Shown here: one piece after another, positions 35,461 through 49,600 of the stretch
Layout of the letters: the number at the start of each line of letters is the position of its first letter
How positions within the stretch are numbered: the first letter of the stretch is position 1
Source of the DNA: Gnetum montanum
Lineage: Eukaryota; Plantae; Gnetophyta
NCBI GenBank assembly: GCA_015680685.1
Contig: MNCI01001630.1
Location: 248,478-312,477, forward strand
DNA: 64,000 nucleotides
Reading direction: 5' to 3'
The notes under the pieces: model-generated
Databases searched by the model: none
What the model was told of the DNA's origin: nothing
Seen by the model: only the letters and a program-made list of their open reading frames with translations
Position numbers and translations under genes: made by a program

Positions 35461-38400
35461 ATTCTCCTATACAGAAGCTTCTAAAATCTTCTGGAAGATT
35501 CTGTGGATCCAAGTGCATCATTTTTGCATGATCTACAAGGCATATCTATCCTATAAATAGAAGGATACCCATAAAAAGAAAAGGATTGAGTAACATCTAT
35601 AAGCATCTATTTAGCTTTTCGGTGATTGGCATTTTGTCAACCTCTACTAAGCATTCTTCACCACAATTATCATTCTTTGCAATTGGTGATTTGAAAACCT
35701 CTTTCGAAAGATTGTGCCTCTTCGTAGAATAACTGCTCTCTCTCTATCTCTCTCTCTCTCTAATTAGATCTGCAAATTTCTCTTCTACTTTTCCCCTGCT
35801 AACATATTGTATTCTCTTCATATTGTCTGCTTGACACATAGATAATTTCTAGGAATCAGGTCAACACACCAATCTAATCCATTCCTTTGCTTTGTCAACT
35901 ATTGAATCTACTATTGTTTCCATAAGCTTTGCATCAGGCACATGCATTGGAGAAGGAATGGGATAACATAATTCCTTGTCAAATACCTCTGATCCCTAGT
36001 ACATTTCTTGAAATATTTTTAGTAGGTTCTTATTCTCTTATTTACTTTGTAATCTGGATCCACTCGTTTTGAGTTTTCTGTTTCTAGGTTTTATCTAGAT
36101 TTGTCTTAGACCTGTTTCTAGGGTTTCTCTTTTGGGCTTAACTTTTTCCAAATATGTTTTGTTTTCTATTGTTAGCCACACATTTGTTCTTTTCATGCTG
36201 CACAACATTCTATTTCATTTCACTCCATGTTATACATGTTTTTTTTGTTCATCTTCCTCATAAGCTATTCCATGTATGTGCCCTTTCCTTTACTTTTAAC
36301 CTACTAATGTTTAGAAAAAATATTCAGCTCAGATTGTCAAATTTTTCCAATGATCTACAAGTCCCCTTTCAATTTGAGGGATATTAATTGAAAATTTAGT
36401 TTTTTTGGACCATTTGGTGGCCACGAGATTACTTGGCTTAATTTCAAGTTAGGTTATATCAAATCTTGGTATTACAATGATTCCTACCACAACATCTTTC
36501 TATCGCTATACGAAGGGCCTCCGCAAAACTAAGCATTGTTTTTAGGATTCGCTCTTTATTTTCATTATCACAGTTTGCTTTTACTTTCTTAGTGTTGCTA
36601 ATGTGCCATCTTGATACATTGACATCATGTCATTTTCTTATGTCTTTAATGTTATTACTAGATTTTTCTTTGTTTAACCCTTGTTGAAGTATTGCATCAA
36701 AACATCGATGTCACGCCGTTTCTCTATAACTTCAATGTTCTCTTTGAAACTAAAACTTCTCACTTTCTATTTCAAATATGAACCTTTTTTCAAGGATGAA
36801 ACGAGGCACTGGTAAAAACCCTTTGAAGTCACTACCACTTTCAGCTCTGGCATCATCATTGACTTTAAGTTTCTCCAAAATCTAGAAACTTATGGATCTA
36901 AAGAAAAATCAAGGATTTTCAAGAGGACTAAGCCTGAAGGACTACAAAATAGCCTATTCCAAATAAGAGCTAGGCTATATCCTGACACTAGATATGTTTA
37001 AGCTCATGGTAGAATATGAGTAGACTAATGATTTTCCATTCTTTCTTCCTAATCTGATTGTCCAATTGAACTAGATGATAAGGAAGTTAAGAAGATAGAA
37101 GAATTCATCATGGAGCAACAAAAGATGCAGGAACATGTTCACCTACAAATTAAAGAAGCTAGGATGAAGAATATCCTAGATCAACCTCTTGGTCCACATA
37201 TTATTCTCAGAGGAAGGAGAGGAAGCATTGTCCTCGAGTCTAACATCCACCTAATAGATGAAGATGAAGAGCAACTAACAAGGATGCTTAGCAAAAGCAA
37301 CCCTCTCTTTCACCATATTCATAACATCAACATCTCAACTACTCATAGTACTACAATTGGATATGTTCCACTTATTACTAAACCATTTAGCATTTTTATA
37401 ACCTCTCTTTCATCATACTAGTTTTTTCCACCTAACAATGTCAACAATACACATTTCATCTTTCAATTCTTTATTCCACCTTTTGGAACTACCCACTCTA
37501 TCCCTTAATTATAGCTTACAATACCTTATTTCTATTTGTTTTCACTCTCTACTTATGCTCCATAGCCATTTATCATCCCTTAAGCTACTAGCTTATTCTC
37601 TTTTCCCATATACCCATCTAATCCAATCTCCTTGGGTATGCTTGATCCTACAACATTTGGACCCATTACTTATGTGTATCCTCCCTAAACATCTTCACCC
37701 ACTACTACACTTTCACCTATTATCAACTCCCTTGGAACAAATCCATAGTTGTTAACACTTCTTAATAACATGATGTTTCATCTTCAAAACAACAAAGGTA
37801 CTAAGCATGTCAGAAAATTCTTATATTTCCTTGGATCATGTCTTAAGTGATTTCATAAGCTTTGTAATCCCTTTGCTAGTCTTGCCTAAGGAGTTTTGCT
37901 ACCTACTTTCACTAAGTACAATGGTAAAACAGGAGACCCCATGAATCATGTGGTTACATTCAGAAATGAATGTATGTTTGTAGCTCCTTACCCACATATT
38001 ATACTAAGATGTTTTTGAAACTCTCTTTTTAGAAAAGCTTTGAAATGATATAGATCCCTAGCATATGGATTTATTACTTCTTTGGAGTAATTGATAGTAA
38101 CCTTTGTTGAATGCTTCAAGTTCAATGTGTCTCAAATGTGCATGATATCTTTTTTTACCATTAAACAAACTATGAATAAGTTTATTGATAAATTCATTTC
38201 TCGATAGATAGTGACATCAACAAAACTACCTTATCATTTGGAGGAATGTTACTTGCAAGACATCTTTGAAGTTGTAGTGATTAACTATATTTAGAAAAGG
38301 ATGATTATCCTAAGCCTCACTCTCTAAATGATGCTTTCTTGGCTGCCAGATGCATTGGCAAGATAACTATTCAATGCAACGATCAAGAATTAATGTTAAT

Positions 38401-40160
38401 ATGTAACAAGGCTAAAAAGGCTACCAAATAAGAGAAGGGACAACCAACTTTTGCAAGTGTTTCTTCTTTCTCTAAGGGATAAAATAATGCTCCCTCAATT
38501 GTTTCCTTTTCGACTCTCTTCTTACTAAACCTCCTACTATCCACTACATCCCAAACATCTTCTAATTTTTCCCTCATCTCACATGAAAATATTTACCCAC
38601 AATTAGCAAACCAATAAGTCATGACTAGCTAAGTAGAAGGATAAGGCTACAAATACACAAAAGTAGCCTTCTAAGATAGTAAAGAAGGTTTCCTTTCAAT
38701 AATAACATGATACTGCTTCCTCAAGTAGTCTCTCACCTTCTTATAATCCTATACAACCAATTACAGTAGCAATCCACTCTCCAAGTAACTCATCCTATAG
38801 ACAATAAGGTCTTACAATAGATGACCACCATTGTCCATTCTAAAGACAAAAACTTATCCTTGTATAACCTTGTGGAAACCTCTAATGAACATCATGCTAC
38901 CCTATATTATGTTTTTAACAAAAGTGTGGTCCCAAGTAATATCCTTACTAGGATGGAAGCCATACCTTCTTTTCATCAAGTCCTCCACTATAGATCAAAT
39001 AGTCTAAACTTCTATGATAAGAACATCAAGCTTAATTTGAAGATGGAAGATATCTATTAGCTACCACTCTAAATCATCAAGGTATTTCCAAAAGCTTTAT
39101 TTTGTTGATACATGTTGATGATGGTGTCAGATCAAATGTGGTCATATGGGCTATTGTCAAGCATCTTGGTCTTTGTGATCAAGTAGTTTTCAATGACACC
39201 TGTGCTAAGATTGTTCCATTCAATAGTACACTAGTAGAGGTTATAGATTCCATTAGATTACCTTTCATGGTAGATGATACTATTCAATATGAAGCCATTT
39301 TTATGATGATACATGACTATCCTGGTGTCAACAATAGATAAAGGTAGCCTTGTCTAGCTCAACATTGAGTTGTATCTTCCCCCATACTTTAGGAGATGCA
39401 CATCCTTGTTCCTAACCATGAGATAATAATATCAAATCCAAAGCATTTCTCACCTATATCAAGAAGCTCAATCTTATCAACTTAGTGGCAAACTAGCTTA
39501 TATTAATCTTGAACCAATAGTTAAGCTTATAGTCCCCTACTCTCTTAAAAACTCTAAAATTACAACCAATTTAAAAGACTTGGGCAACGAGTTTACTTCT
39601 GATATTAATTTTTTTGCCTTAGGTTTTGAAGAACTAGACATATCCTTGTGTAAGAAAAAGGATTCTCCATATCCTTCTTATTCAAGTACTTGAAAATTCA
39701 TTGTGAACATGATAACCTTAGATGCATTATCTTTTTCCTCCTTCTTGTTTACCATTAAGTGGTAAACATCTACTAGCACCTAAGGATTCTCTTTAAATGT
39801 TTTTCTATTATTTGCTATCATTAGGCGATGATAGTTAGTGAATAAAATTGGTGTTATATTTCTACTTAAGCTCTTTTTCTTAATCACTTATTATTAGTGA
39901 ATAACATTAAGTTAATGAACGGTTATTAGTTTTGATGCATCACTTTAATTCTAGCTATCAATTGCACAAAGATGGCTAACTCAAAAATGATGTGAAAAGA
40001 CTTTATTTTTATAACATTTGTGCAATAGATGCATGTCCGTGACTTTTGACATGACATCTTTTTGTAACGTCAAACATACTTGACATTTTACAATAAAATT
40101 TTTTGCATTAAACACAAATGATGCAGAAAATTAATACTATATATATATATATATAAATTC

Positions 40161-42460
40161 TTAGTAGCCTTCATGATCCCCAACAACTTCCTTCTCTACT
40201 TCTTCATTAACCTACATCGAAGTAGGATCTTTTGTTAGTCTCTTGTTGCTTTCCCCAAGGTTTGCACACAAAAGTCAAACAAACATGTTAGTTTTATTTT
40301 CTTTTGTAATTTGGATGAAATAAGATAAAATGATCACCTAAAGTTTTGATACTTACCTTGCATTTCTCTATAGATCTCTAGTTGTTGTTGTTTTATCTCC
40401 TCTAAGCTCAAGTTAGTTGTATCCAATCTATCAATTTTTAAACTTGGAATCTTTGATAGAATACTCATTTACTATTCCTCATAGGCCTTTAATTCTTCTA
40501 GGGTGATATTATTATTATCCACTTCTATTGTAGGCTCCTCTTAGGAACCTTTTTGTTCTTCCTTTGGTGTGGTAATCACTACAATATTTACAAAATCCTC
40601 GAACAGTTCTTCTACATTAGTCTATTTAATAAAAAGACTTCTTATTTTCTTATCTACATATAAAATTTTATTTTTCTTTAATAATTTTTGGTACTCTCTT
40701 TTGTACCACCAGTTATTGGTTTGATGCTTTGTACTTCAACTCTCCCATAAGGTTGTTGAGTTTCTTAGACTAGTCATGGAGCATGTCATGGCCAAGGTTA
40801 ATTGATTCCTTTCCATTATTGCCCTTTGGAAGTTCATAGCTTTATTCCTTTCTTTCTAGTATGCATGGGAAGGAGGATTGCTCCTTACCATGTTTCTATT
40901 TCTAATTTCTAGTTCCAAAAACTCTGCCTAGTCAAACAACATCTTTATTTATCACTTGTGCTACTCTTTATTTCTTTGTGCTTGGTCTAATGAATCTGGG
41001 AGTATGGTGTTGGTATTGGCATGCTCTATGATTAATACTCCTATATCCTTAGTGTAGTTGAGAGAAACACTTATTTTATTTTCAACAAACGTTTCTACTA
41101 CTAATCTACATTTATGGTTGGATCATATAACATAATTTGATCCTTATCTAGCTTGATTTTTATTTCTTCATGGAAAACAAAAGAATGTTAGATTCTTTGC
41201 CTCTAACAATGAATGTTATTTTTCAATAATAATGTTCATAACTTACCTTCTCCTAGGAATATCAATTTTAATTTTTTCTTTGTGTATTCTACCAAGCCTT
41301 CCAACATCATCTACTTATCTTTTATGCAAGCCTAGATTTTCCTTTTTGTCTTTAGTAATGAGAAGAAAATGGTTAAGTCTCTTTAACATTAGTATAATCA
41401 ACATACAAACTTTTAATGAAACATCATTCACACTTAACACATGATATGGAAATCTTGGAACTTGTCATCTCCTTGATCCACTTGCAAACCTCTGCATCAC
41501 TCCATACTAGTTTGGATGATGGCGAAGTGATGTCTACTAGAGTTGAAGGAGAGATTTTAAACTTTGAAAGTTTTTCCCTTTCCTTGTCCCTTCCCTCTTA
41601 TTATTGTTGATATACTTCATCAAGGTTTTAATTGAAGATGTTACAAAAAGGCATACTTTCTTCATTTCCTTTATTTTCCTCTAATGAGAGCAAGTTAGGT
41701 AAGAAATCGCTTTCTTCTTGGCTCATACCTTCCTTTTGACCTTCATGAATTAAAGGAAGATTGAAACGTAGCCTCTTTGCTTTCCATTCTAGTGCTCTGC
41801 TATCTCAAGTAGCTTCTGTAGGAAAAAATAATTACGTGTTAGTGTCATGTTATTTTCTAGTAACATCAAAATAAAAAACTACACCACATTAATGATACTT
41901 AGTATAAAAATTACAAAACTCATAAAAACACTTGGTTATTCTTACCTCTAATTGCTCTAGGGAGATTTTGACTTCCAGAGTTTTGGAAGAGATTTCCTTC
42001 TCGGAAACAAATTTTCTCTTTCTTGATGTCCATCCTTTTTTAACAATTTTAGATGTGCTCTTTAAAATTTCCTTCTTCCCTACTTCTGCATCAATGCTTA
42101 TTTTCTTTTGAGATTTCTCAATGCTATCAAACATTGAGAACCCAACCTCTTCTCTAGTCTTTGATGCCAATGCCAAAGGACCACCACCTTCAATGCTATA
42201 GGCTAACATCAAACTTTCTAAGTGTTGATATAATGAGGGCTTGAAGTCTTTCTCTAAAGTAACGTTGGCTTTTTTCTTTTCTCCTCAAGCAAATAATGTT
42301 ACTATGACCTTTATTACCCTATAATAAAACCCAAAATTGATATTCTTGCTCACCATCTTTTTCTTTCCTTTTTTATCTTCCTTGTGTAGCTTTGCTATCA
42401 CTTCCACTACCCACTAGTGCCTAGTCAGCTATCTTTCCTTGGATCATTACCTCATATAGC
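40161..42460 (-). pseudogene. Antisense multi-exon gene remnant in element D, homologous to the one in element A
   Basis: Minus-strand donors GTAAGA (41945), GTAAGT (41246, 40356); acceptors TTTTTTCCTACAG (41816) and TATGTAG (40654); YEVMIQGKIAD*AL...IAKLHK...KNINFGFY aligns with A's REVMEEGACYNWAR...IMGLHK...SNIHYAFY; acidic last exon ends TAA at 40161. Confidence 0.6.
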
Positions 42461-43559
42461 CCATACAACAACCTTTTGAATAGCTCACATTTTCGTCCTA
42501 TCTTATTACAAAAGAGTCTATCAACAAACAAAGAAAACAACTTCATCAAGTCTATCATTTTTGGAATTCTCATGGGAAAGATGTTGGGTTACCTTATTTC
42601 TCAAGATGGTATATCTATTGATCCTAACAAAATTATGTTGACCTTTTGGTATGTCAAAACCTTAAGGAAAATGGAGAATAATAGAATGTTTCTTGTAGAT
42701 GATGTATTTGCAAGAACTTAATGAGATGAAAACTACAACGAAATATCAAAGTAAGAGACTATATGGGTAAGATAAGAGCATAGAAAAACATGGATAAAAA
42801 CAAAGGTTGCAAGTCAAATGAAGATGCTTCAAGGATTGGGAAGAAGCCAAATCAACAAGAAAAAGCATAAAAAATCAAAGCTCAAAAGTTGAGAAGAGAT
42901 CTCCAAGGATTAGAAAACATATTGGCTAAGGGGAAGTCTATCAAAAGAAGATATCTTCCAAAAATAGGAGATGTCTCCTTTTCAAAGAAGTCATCTCTAT
43001 AGAGACATCTCCCCCGAGACATTCCATCCAAGAAGGAGATGTCTTCCCAGAATTGAAGTTAATTTTAGAGAGACATCCCAATCTTGAAGGAGACGTCTAC
43101 ACTAGCTATTAGATAGTTGTTGCATGAATTCCATGGTATTTTTGGAAACTCTAATGCTATAAGAAGACTTCAATCTCTTGGGTATTGTGCAAGCATTACC
43201 AACATCAAAGCAATCATTGTCTATCTTATGTTGTACTTGTATACTTGAATTTTCACATCATTTGTTAGATTTGTTGTGGAACTGTACTTCATTGTACAAG
43301 GGACTTTTAAATTGAGTTACACTCCCTCCTTGTAAATTATTTTCTCTCTTGTAATCCTATGGGGTTGATGTGCTTCATGTGAGAAGGCATCATAATTAAG
43401 CTTGTCGAGATCCTATAGGATTGATTGTTTGTGCAGCATCAAAACACTTTGGAGTGGAGCTCAATTTTATAAAGGTTGGGGGATCCTTAAAACCACATTC
43501 TAAGCTTGTTGGGACCTTGCGAGTGTTGTTACATTTCCATCATTTGATGGAGAAAATAA

Positions 43560-46500
43560 TGTTGAGAATTGAATTTTTCCCTAATTTAATTCATTACAAG
43601 AGATTGAAAGAGGGCTAAATATAAACAGTCAACTTTTATTGCCATGATCATGTCATATACAATGCTTAGAAACTCTAATATATTTATCAATATAAAGGTT
43701 AATTGGGTTGCTTTTGTACTATGGTATGGAGATGGTGATTATAAGAATAGAGGTAAAACCATTATTTAGGAAGGTGCCACTATTTCAAATGTGGCCATAT
43801 CATGACCGATATCTTCTACCCCAATTATTTATCAAAGATAGAATTTACAGATCCCTCAAACAAGAATTTCCAAAATAGAACAAGGAAAAAAAGTTTCAAA
43901 AAATAGAGTTCTTGATGCAATAACTTGTTGAATTTCGTTAAACATTATGAAAACAAGGCTACCCATAAAGGAGGGTTTGTTAAAAGCATTATTTCTCTTA
44001 TTATTAGCTTCAACAAGAGTAATAAATAGTGGATAGTACCATTATTTATGGTGCAATTGTAGAAATACAAAGAAGGAAAAAATAAAATACTTGCTTCATC
44101 TGTAATTATTTTCTACAATTTCAATCCCTATTATAGAGAAAAATAATCAAAAAAGCTTTATTGATTTTCAAGAAAATAAATAAGAGGGATGCAACAGTAG
44201 CTTTGATTTCATATGAAATAGACAAACAACAAATCTACAGAGAGGGTAGAAAGAATTTGTTCAAAAAGAATAGCCTCTCTAAGAAAAAGGTAATTTCTGC
44301 AAAGGCTATTATGCTCCTTCAATGATTACTAGATGAGAACCTCAAGACTATGAGAATGCCACCTAGAAGAGGGTTGGTGAAGAGGATAGAATGCATCCAT
44401 AACTTCTCATTCAACTGTCGTCATAGAGCACAATCCAATTTCTTGAGGTGGTCATGGCAAATGAACCAAGACATAAGGATTTCCATATATTTTCATAAAA
44501 ATAAAATAATAAAACAATAACAAAAGATAGACCCATAAAACATGATTGTTGATTATACAATTAGTGAGGGCATTCAAGCTTGGGTTTATTTTTTTTAGTG
44601 AAATAAAGCAAAAAGGCCCTAAAAAAATATTGAAAGGGGCTAAACATCACCTAGAAAAGAAAGAAATTCTGCAACTATGATGAGCTACTACTTTGGTGAT
44701 ATTCATTGGGTTTCAAAAATGATAGATGATTCTTACAATGAATGAATCCTTGCTCTAGAGTATTTACGTTAGGATTCTAACATTCACCATGATTATTTTC
44801 ATTCCCTTCAATAGTGCTAATGATGGAAGCATAAGGTAGTGGATGATGTAGTGGTAATGGCAAAGGAATAAGGGGCGCTTGTGGTTGCTAAGGAATTTGG
44901 CATCATTGACATAAAAAATGGAAGAGACTCTAGTGGTAGAGGACCTAGAAATGTCAATAGGTGTTAGTGAAGAAAGGGCAACTAGTGGCAAATGGAAATA
45001 TTGGTTTTTTTGGGAGAGAAAAGTGGTGCTACATGTGGCAAGATGGCCATAGGACCTATACACCCCTTCAAAAGTTCACACATCTTATGCAGACATGTTG
45101 ATGTATGTGGTATTTAGGCTATGTAGCCTTAATAATGATATTTTTTTAGAATTAAAAATTGCAAAGCTTTAAAACATGTAAAAAATAGGTAGGGTTTATG
45201 GTTTGAGAAGGAAGGGTTTATGAACATTGGATAAATATAATTTTATTTTTTGGGAATTGAAGATTTTCCAAGATAGCTATAACTTCCATAAGAAGTTATA
45301 ATTATTTTCCTTGATATTTGTAATTTCTCATGAGACACTTGTCTACCATGGCTTGAATTTCTCATACAAGTTACATCTTCCCATGGAGATCTTGAATTAA
45401 TTCTCTAGATCTTTGTGGCTTACCATAACATGTTATGATGGATGTAACTACCTTGAAGCCATTATAAAAGGGCTTCAAGGGTAGAATCTAATGGGAAAAA
45501 TTGAAGAAGGAAGATTTGGAAAAGACATTTGAAGAATTCTTGTAAGATGGCTTGCTAAAGACATCAATTTGATTGCTTTGTTTTAATCCTATGAGTTCAT
45601 TTTTTTTCTATTTTTTTTTAGTTTCTTAGCTAATGGTTTATATAGTATCATGCTTGACATTTAATTTTGGGATTTATCCTAGGTTTCTCTTATAGCTCTA
45701 TTTTTGCACAATATTAGACTCCTATTAAGATTTTCCATAGAAGAGCTCATGTTGTTAGAAGCCTCAAGAGTAATTTAATAGTATTGTCTTAACAAAATTG
45801 CCTATTTTGAGCATAGAGGATCTAGGAAAATCTTTGATACTTTGATGGGACTAGAATGGCTTCTTTTTTTTACAGTTTATTATCTTGGTATTTCAAACAA
45901 GAAATTGTAAAATTTTTTGAAAGCCTTGTTAAATGTAATCTTTGATTACTATTAAGTAGCCAGAATAGAAACTCATATGTTGTAGTTTATGTAGCAATTT
46001 TTGGTACTATAATAAGATTTTCTTTATGAAATTTCTTGTTGAGCTTAGAAATTTTGAACAATTTGTAGTGATTGAATTAGGAATAGATTTAATGCAAAGT
46101 GTTTCCTCATGTCAATTTATCTTGCATAAATATTTGAGGTTTCACATAAATTTTCTTTCTTTTCTTTCTCTTTCTAAGTCCATTAAATCTTGCTCTATTG
46201 CTAATTTTATTGCAAAAATTTCTCTCTAGGGGAAATTAGGAGTAGATTGGCAAAATTGTGCTCAAATGTTTTTGTAAAATTTTATTTGTTACAAGTAGGT
46301 ATTATAGGGGCCGTATAGACTAAGTGATTGAACAAAATAGGAATCTTCAACAACTTGTAGTATTTGACAAAGTTAGGTGAATCTCTTTGATGAAAGCCGA
46401 TTACAGTTTTATACACAACCCAACCATTTCAACATTCACAATAGCAAACACATACTCACATAAATACTGAGTTTATGTGGAGGTATCTAGGCCTTGGTGT

Positions 46501-46576
46501 TGCCAAAGACTAGCAAGCACCTAAACCCTATTTGGAGAAGCTTTGTTGGTGGTTGTGTCCCAAACGGTTGCTAACA
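43560..46576 (+). repeat. Element F 5' LTR (~3.0 kb)
   Basis: TGTTGAGAATTGAATTTTTCC...GGTTGCTAACA; TATA-like TTATAAAAG at ~45462. Confidence 0.85.
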
Positions 46577-46583
46577 GTTCTTT

Positions 46584-46600
46584 TGGTACTAGAAGGAGGG
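46584..46600 (+). promoter_or_regulatory. Primer-binding site of element F (tRNA-Asn type)
   Basis: TGGTACTAGAAGGAGGG 7 nt after the LTR end. Confidence 0.8.
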
Positions 46601-46699
46601 CTAAAAATGTTTCCTCTAAGTTCATAAGCTTGATAGTTCTAGCACATCAATAGTTCTTTGTTGCTCATAAGGGTTTAAGAAATTAGATTCTATTTTTAG

Positions 46700-49600
46700 T
46701 TCATGAGTAAGAATATTGATATTTTAGAAGATTTCAAAAGAAGGCTTTTGAGTTTGGAACAAGTAGTGAAGTAAAGACTAGAAGGATAAGAAGATCACCC
46801 CTTTTCCCTGGTTTATTAGTCTATAAGAGAAGATCAAAGAAGTATAAAAGTTTAATGATCAAAAATAATTCTAATAGGATGGTAAATCCTTGGCAAAGAG
46901 TTACACCATTAGGATTTCAAAACTACAACAATATTCCTAAGGTAGTTTACAAATATTTTCCTAAGCCTTTTATTCTTGGAAAAGCTTACTTGGCTAAAGA
47001 ATACATTCACAACTTTGGGTTAGCTTTAGCTCATGCAAATGTTCAACATCAATATCAAGCATGTATATTATTTATGAAAAATTTAAAGGATATAGCTTAG
47101 ATCTGGTATTCAAACTTGTCAACCAATAATATCACAAATTAGGATAACATGAAGAGTCTTTTCTTGGCTCAGTTTGGCAATCAATTGGATCAACAACAAT
47201 TATATTGTGGGCTAGTAAAAGCTAAGCAATGAGTAAATGAGTTAATTAGAGCTTTTAATATTAAGTTTCAATAGATCTGTGGGCTATTTCAAAGATGATA
47301 TAGACCATCAAATGAAATTCTTAGAGATACTTATCTAAAGGCTATGAATTCCAATATTTCAATTTGGTTTAGGAGAACTCCAAACTTGCTAACATTGAAT
47401 GACTACTTTAGTGAAGCTATACAGTTAGTAAAACAACTGGACTTGAATCATGAAGAAATTATCACAATTGAAAAAATAAGAAGAAGAATAGAAGATGATG
47501 ATTCCTGTACAAGATTTTTCTCAACCTAAATCATTACTAAGACCATTTAAGATAGAGTAAGAATTAGAAAGTAGAGAATTTGAAAAAGGATAGTTAATGA
47601 GAGACTTGTCCAACAAAGTAGTGAAAATAGAGAAAGCTTTGGCAAAAGTTAAAGTCAAAGAGAAAAAGAAAAATAGAAAACATAAGCATCAAAATAATAA
47701 GTTAGTAGAAGATGAGGATGAAAATGTTCTTGTTATGTCTAACTTTCTTGATATTGAATCAGATAATCAGCTATCTAGTGTTCATTATCCAAAAAAATCT
47801 TCTAACAATGGATCTATTGATACTTCTACTATATCAAGTTCTAAAGAGGATATATCGTCAGATGAACAATGTAATAATAATGAGGTTAATGGGTATAATC
47901 TTTGATCAAAAGAAAGATTAACTACTTCTAGGCCTCCAAAAATTATTTCTAATCCATCTACTAAGAGGAAGGTTTTTGAGCCAAGTAGAAGAAAAACAAT
48001 AAAAATAAAGAAGATCAAGTAGAGCAAAGTACCCAAAATCAATCTTTTAATAAGTGGATGAAGAAACCAAGCTTTTATGAAGACGAAGAATATGATTTGA
48101 TTGAAGATCTTAAACATGTTAGAGCAAATATCAGTATATATCAATTGTTACAGATAGGAGATCAATAAAGAAAGGCTTTAGAGTTTATTATACGTAAAAA
48201 GAGAGTTGGAGAATCAGAATTAAGCTATGTGGCCAACAATGACGAGAAAGTAAAAGCTAACTATGATTGTGCTCTTGAAAAGAAAGCTCCTCCTTTTCTT
48301 TTGACAATGAAGTTAAAAGACAAGTATCTTCATAATTGTTTAATTGATTCTAGAGCTACATCTACTATTATTTTGTTATCTATATGCAAAAAACTTGGTA
48401 TGATTTGAGAAAAATAAAATATAAAGATTTGTTCAATGGATAAAAGTAGAGTGAAGATTGTGGATCAATTGCCTAATGTTTTATTGGAGATCACTTCTAA
48501 ACCCTATATAAAGAGTAGAGTAACTATTCAAGTGGCAGATATACCAGATTCACATAGGCTTTTGTTAAGTAGAAGTTAGAGCAAGAATTTCTCAGGTTAT
48601 ATATCAACAAATTATTCACATATATGGCTACCTTGGAAAGGAGAGGCAAATCAAATTTACATATATAGTGAATCATTGATGATTGGAAACATTACTTCAA
48701 ATGAAAAGAATAAGATTATTGAAATAAGATATTTTGAAAACAAAATTTGCACACTTCAAGAAGTTGATAAATTTAAAAAATATGAAGCTCAAAATGAGAG
48801 AAAATGAGAACTATACTTTGATGGTTCTTGTAACTCCAAAGGTGCAGGAGCTAGGATAGTTTTAGTAAAGGATGATTTCCCAAAAATATTCAAGGAAATT
48901 CATCTATCTTTCCCTTGTACTAATAACAAGGTTGAATACGAAGCTCTAAGTATTGGAATTAAAACAATATTAGGAAAAGGAATCAAGGTAATCACCATAA
49001 AAGGAGACTCGAGATTGGTATGTGAATAGGTCAAAGATAATAGTGTAGTAAAGAGTTCATTCTTGTGACCCTATAAATAATTTGTCTACAAAATGTTGAA
49101 TCAATTTCATCATTACCAAATAGAACATATAAATAGGAAAGATAATTATATAGCAGATGACTTAGCAAAAGCAGCTTCATCATGATATGTGAAAATGATA
49201 GAATGTTATGAAGGTGTAATGATCGAAAATGAACATCAACCATCAATACTAGATAACATAAAGCATTTACAAGTATTTGAAGATGATGATCAATTACTTA
49301 GATTCTTGAGAAATAAACAAGAATTTGAAAGTCAAATCATACCTGAAACAACATCAAGGTTTAGGAAAAATTCAATTTTAAAGAAAGTGATTGATTATGA
49401 ACATGAGTTTGATAAAAATTTACTTACTTGAAAGGATGTACAAAATCTAGATGGTCAAGCTTATGAAGTAGTGAATTTTAGATCTATTGAGTTGCCAAAG
49501 ATGTTAAATGACATAAAAGAAAAGGACTTAGTTTTTCAAGTAAAATTCATTATTACTCTTAAAAAATAATTTGGAAAATTTTGCTTGGTCTTATGATGAT

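Noticed and set aside
36415-36429. Assigning a tRNA to element D's PBS candidate (TGGTGGCCACGAGAT)
   Set aside because: Too decayed to match a specific tRNA 3' end by eye.
43359-43368. ATGGGGTTGA repeated at 63502-63511 as a 10-bp TSD for element F
   Set aside because: LTR homology begins at 43560, not 43369, and LTR elements make 4-6-bp TSDs; more likely an internal repeat of solo LTR E.
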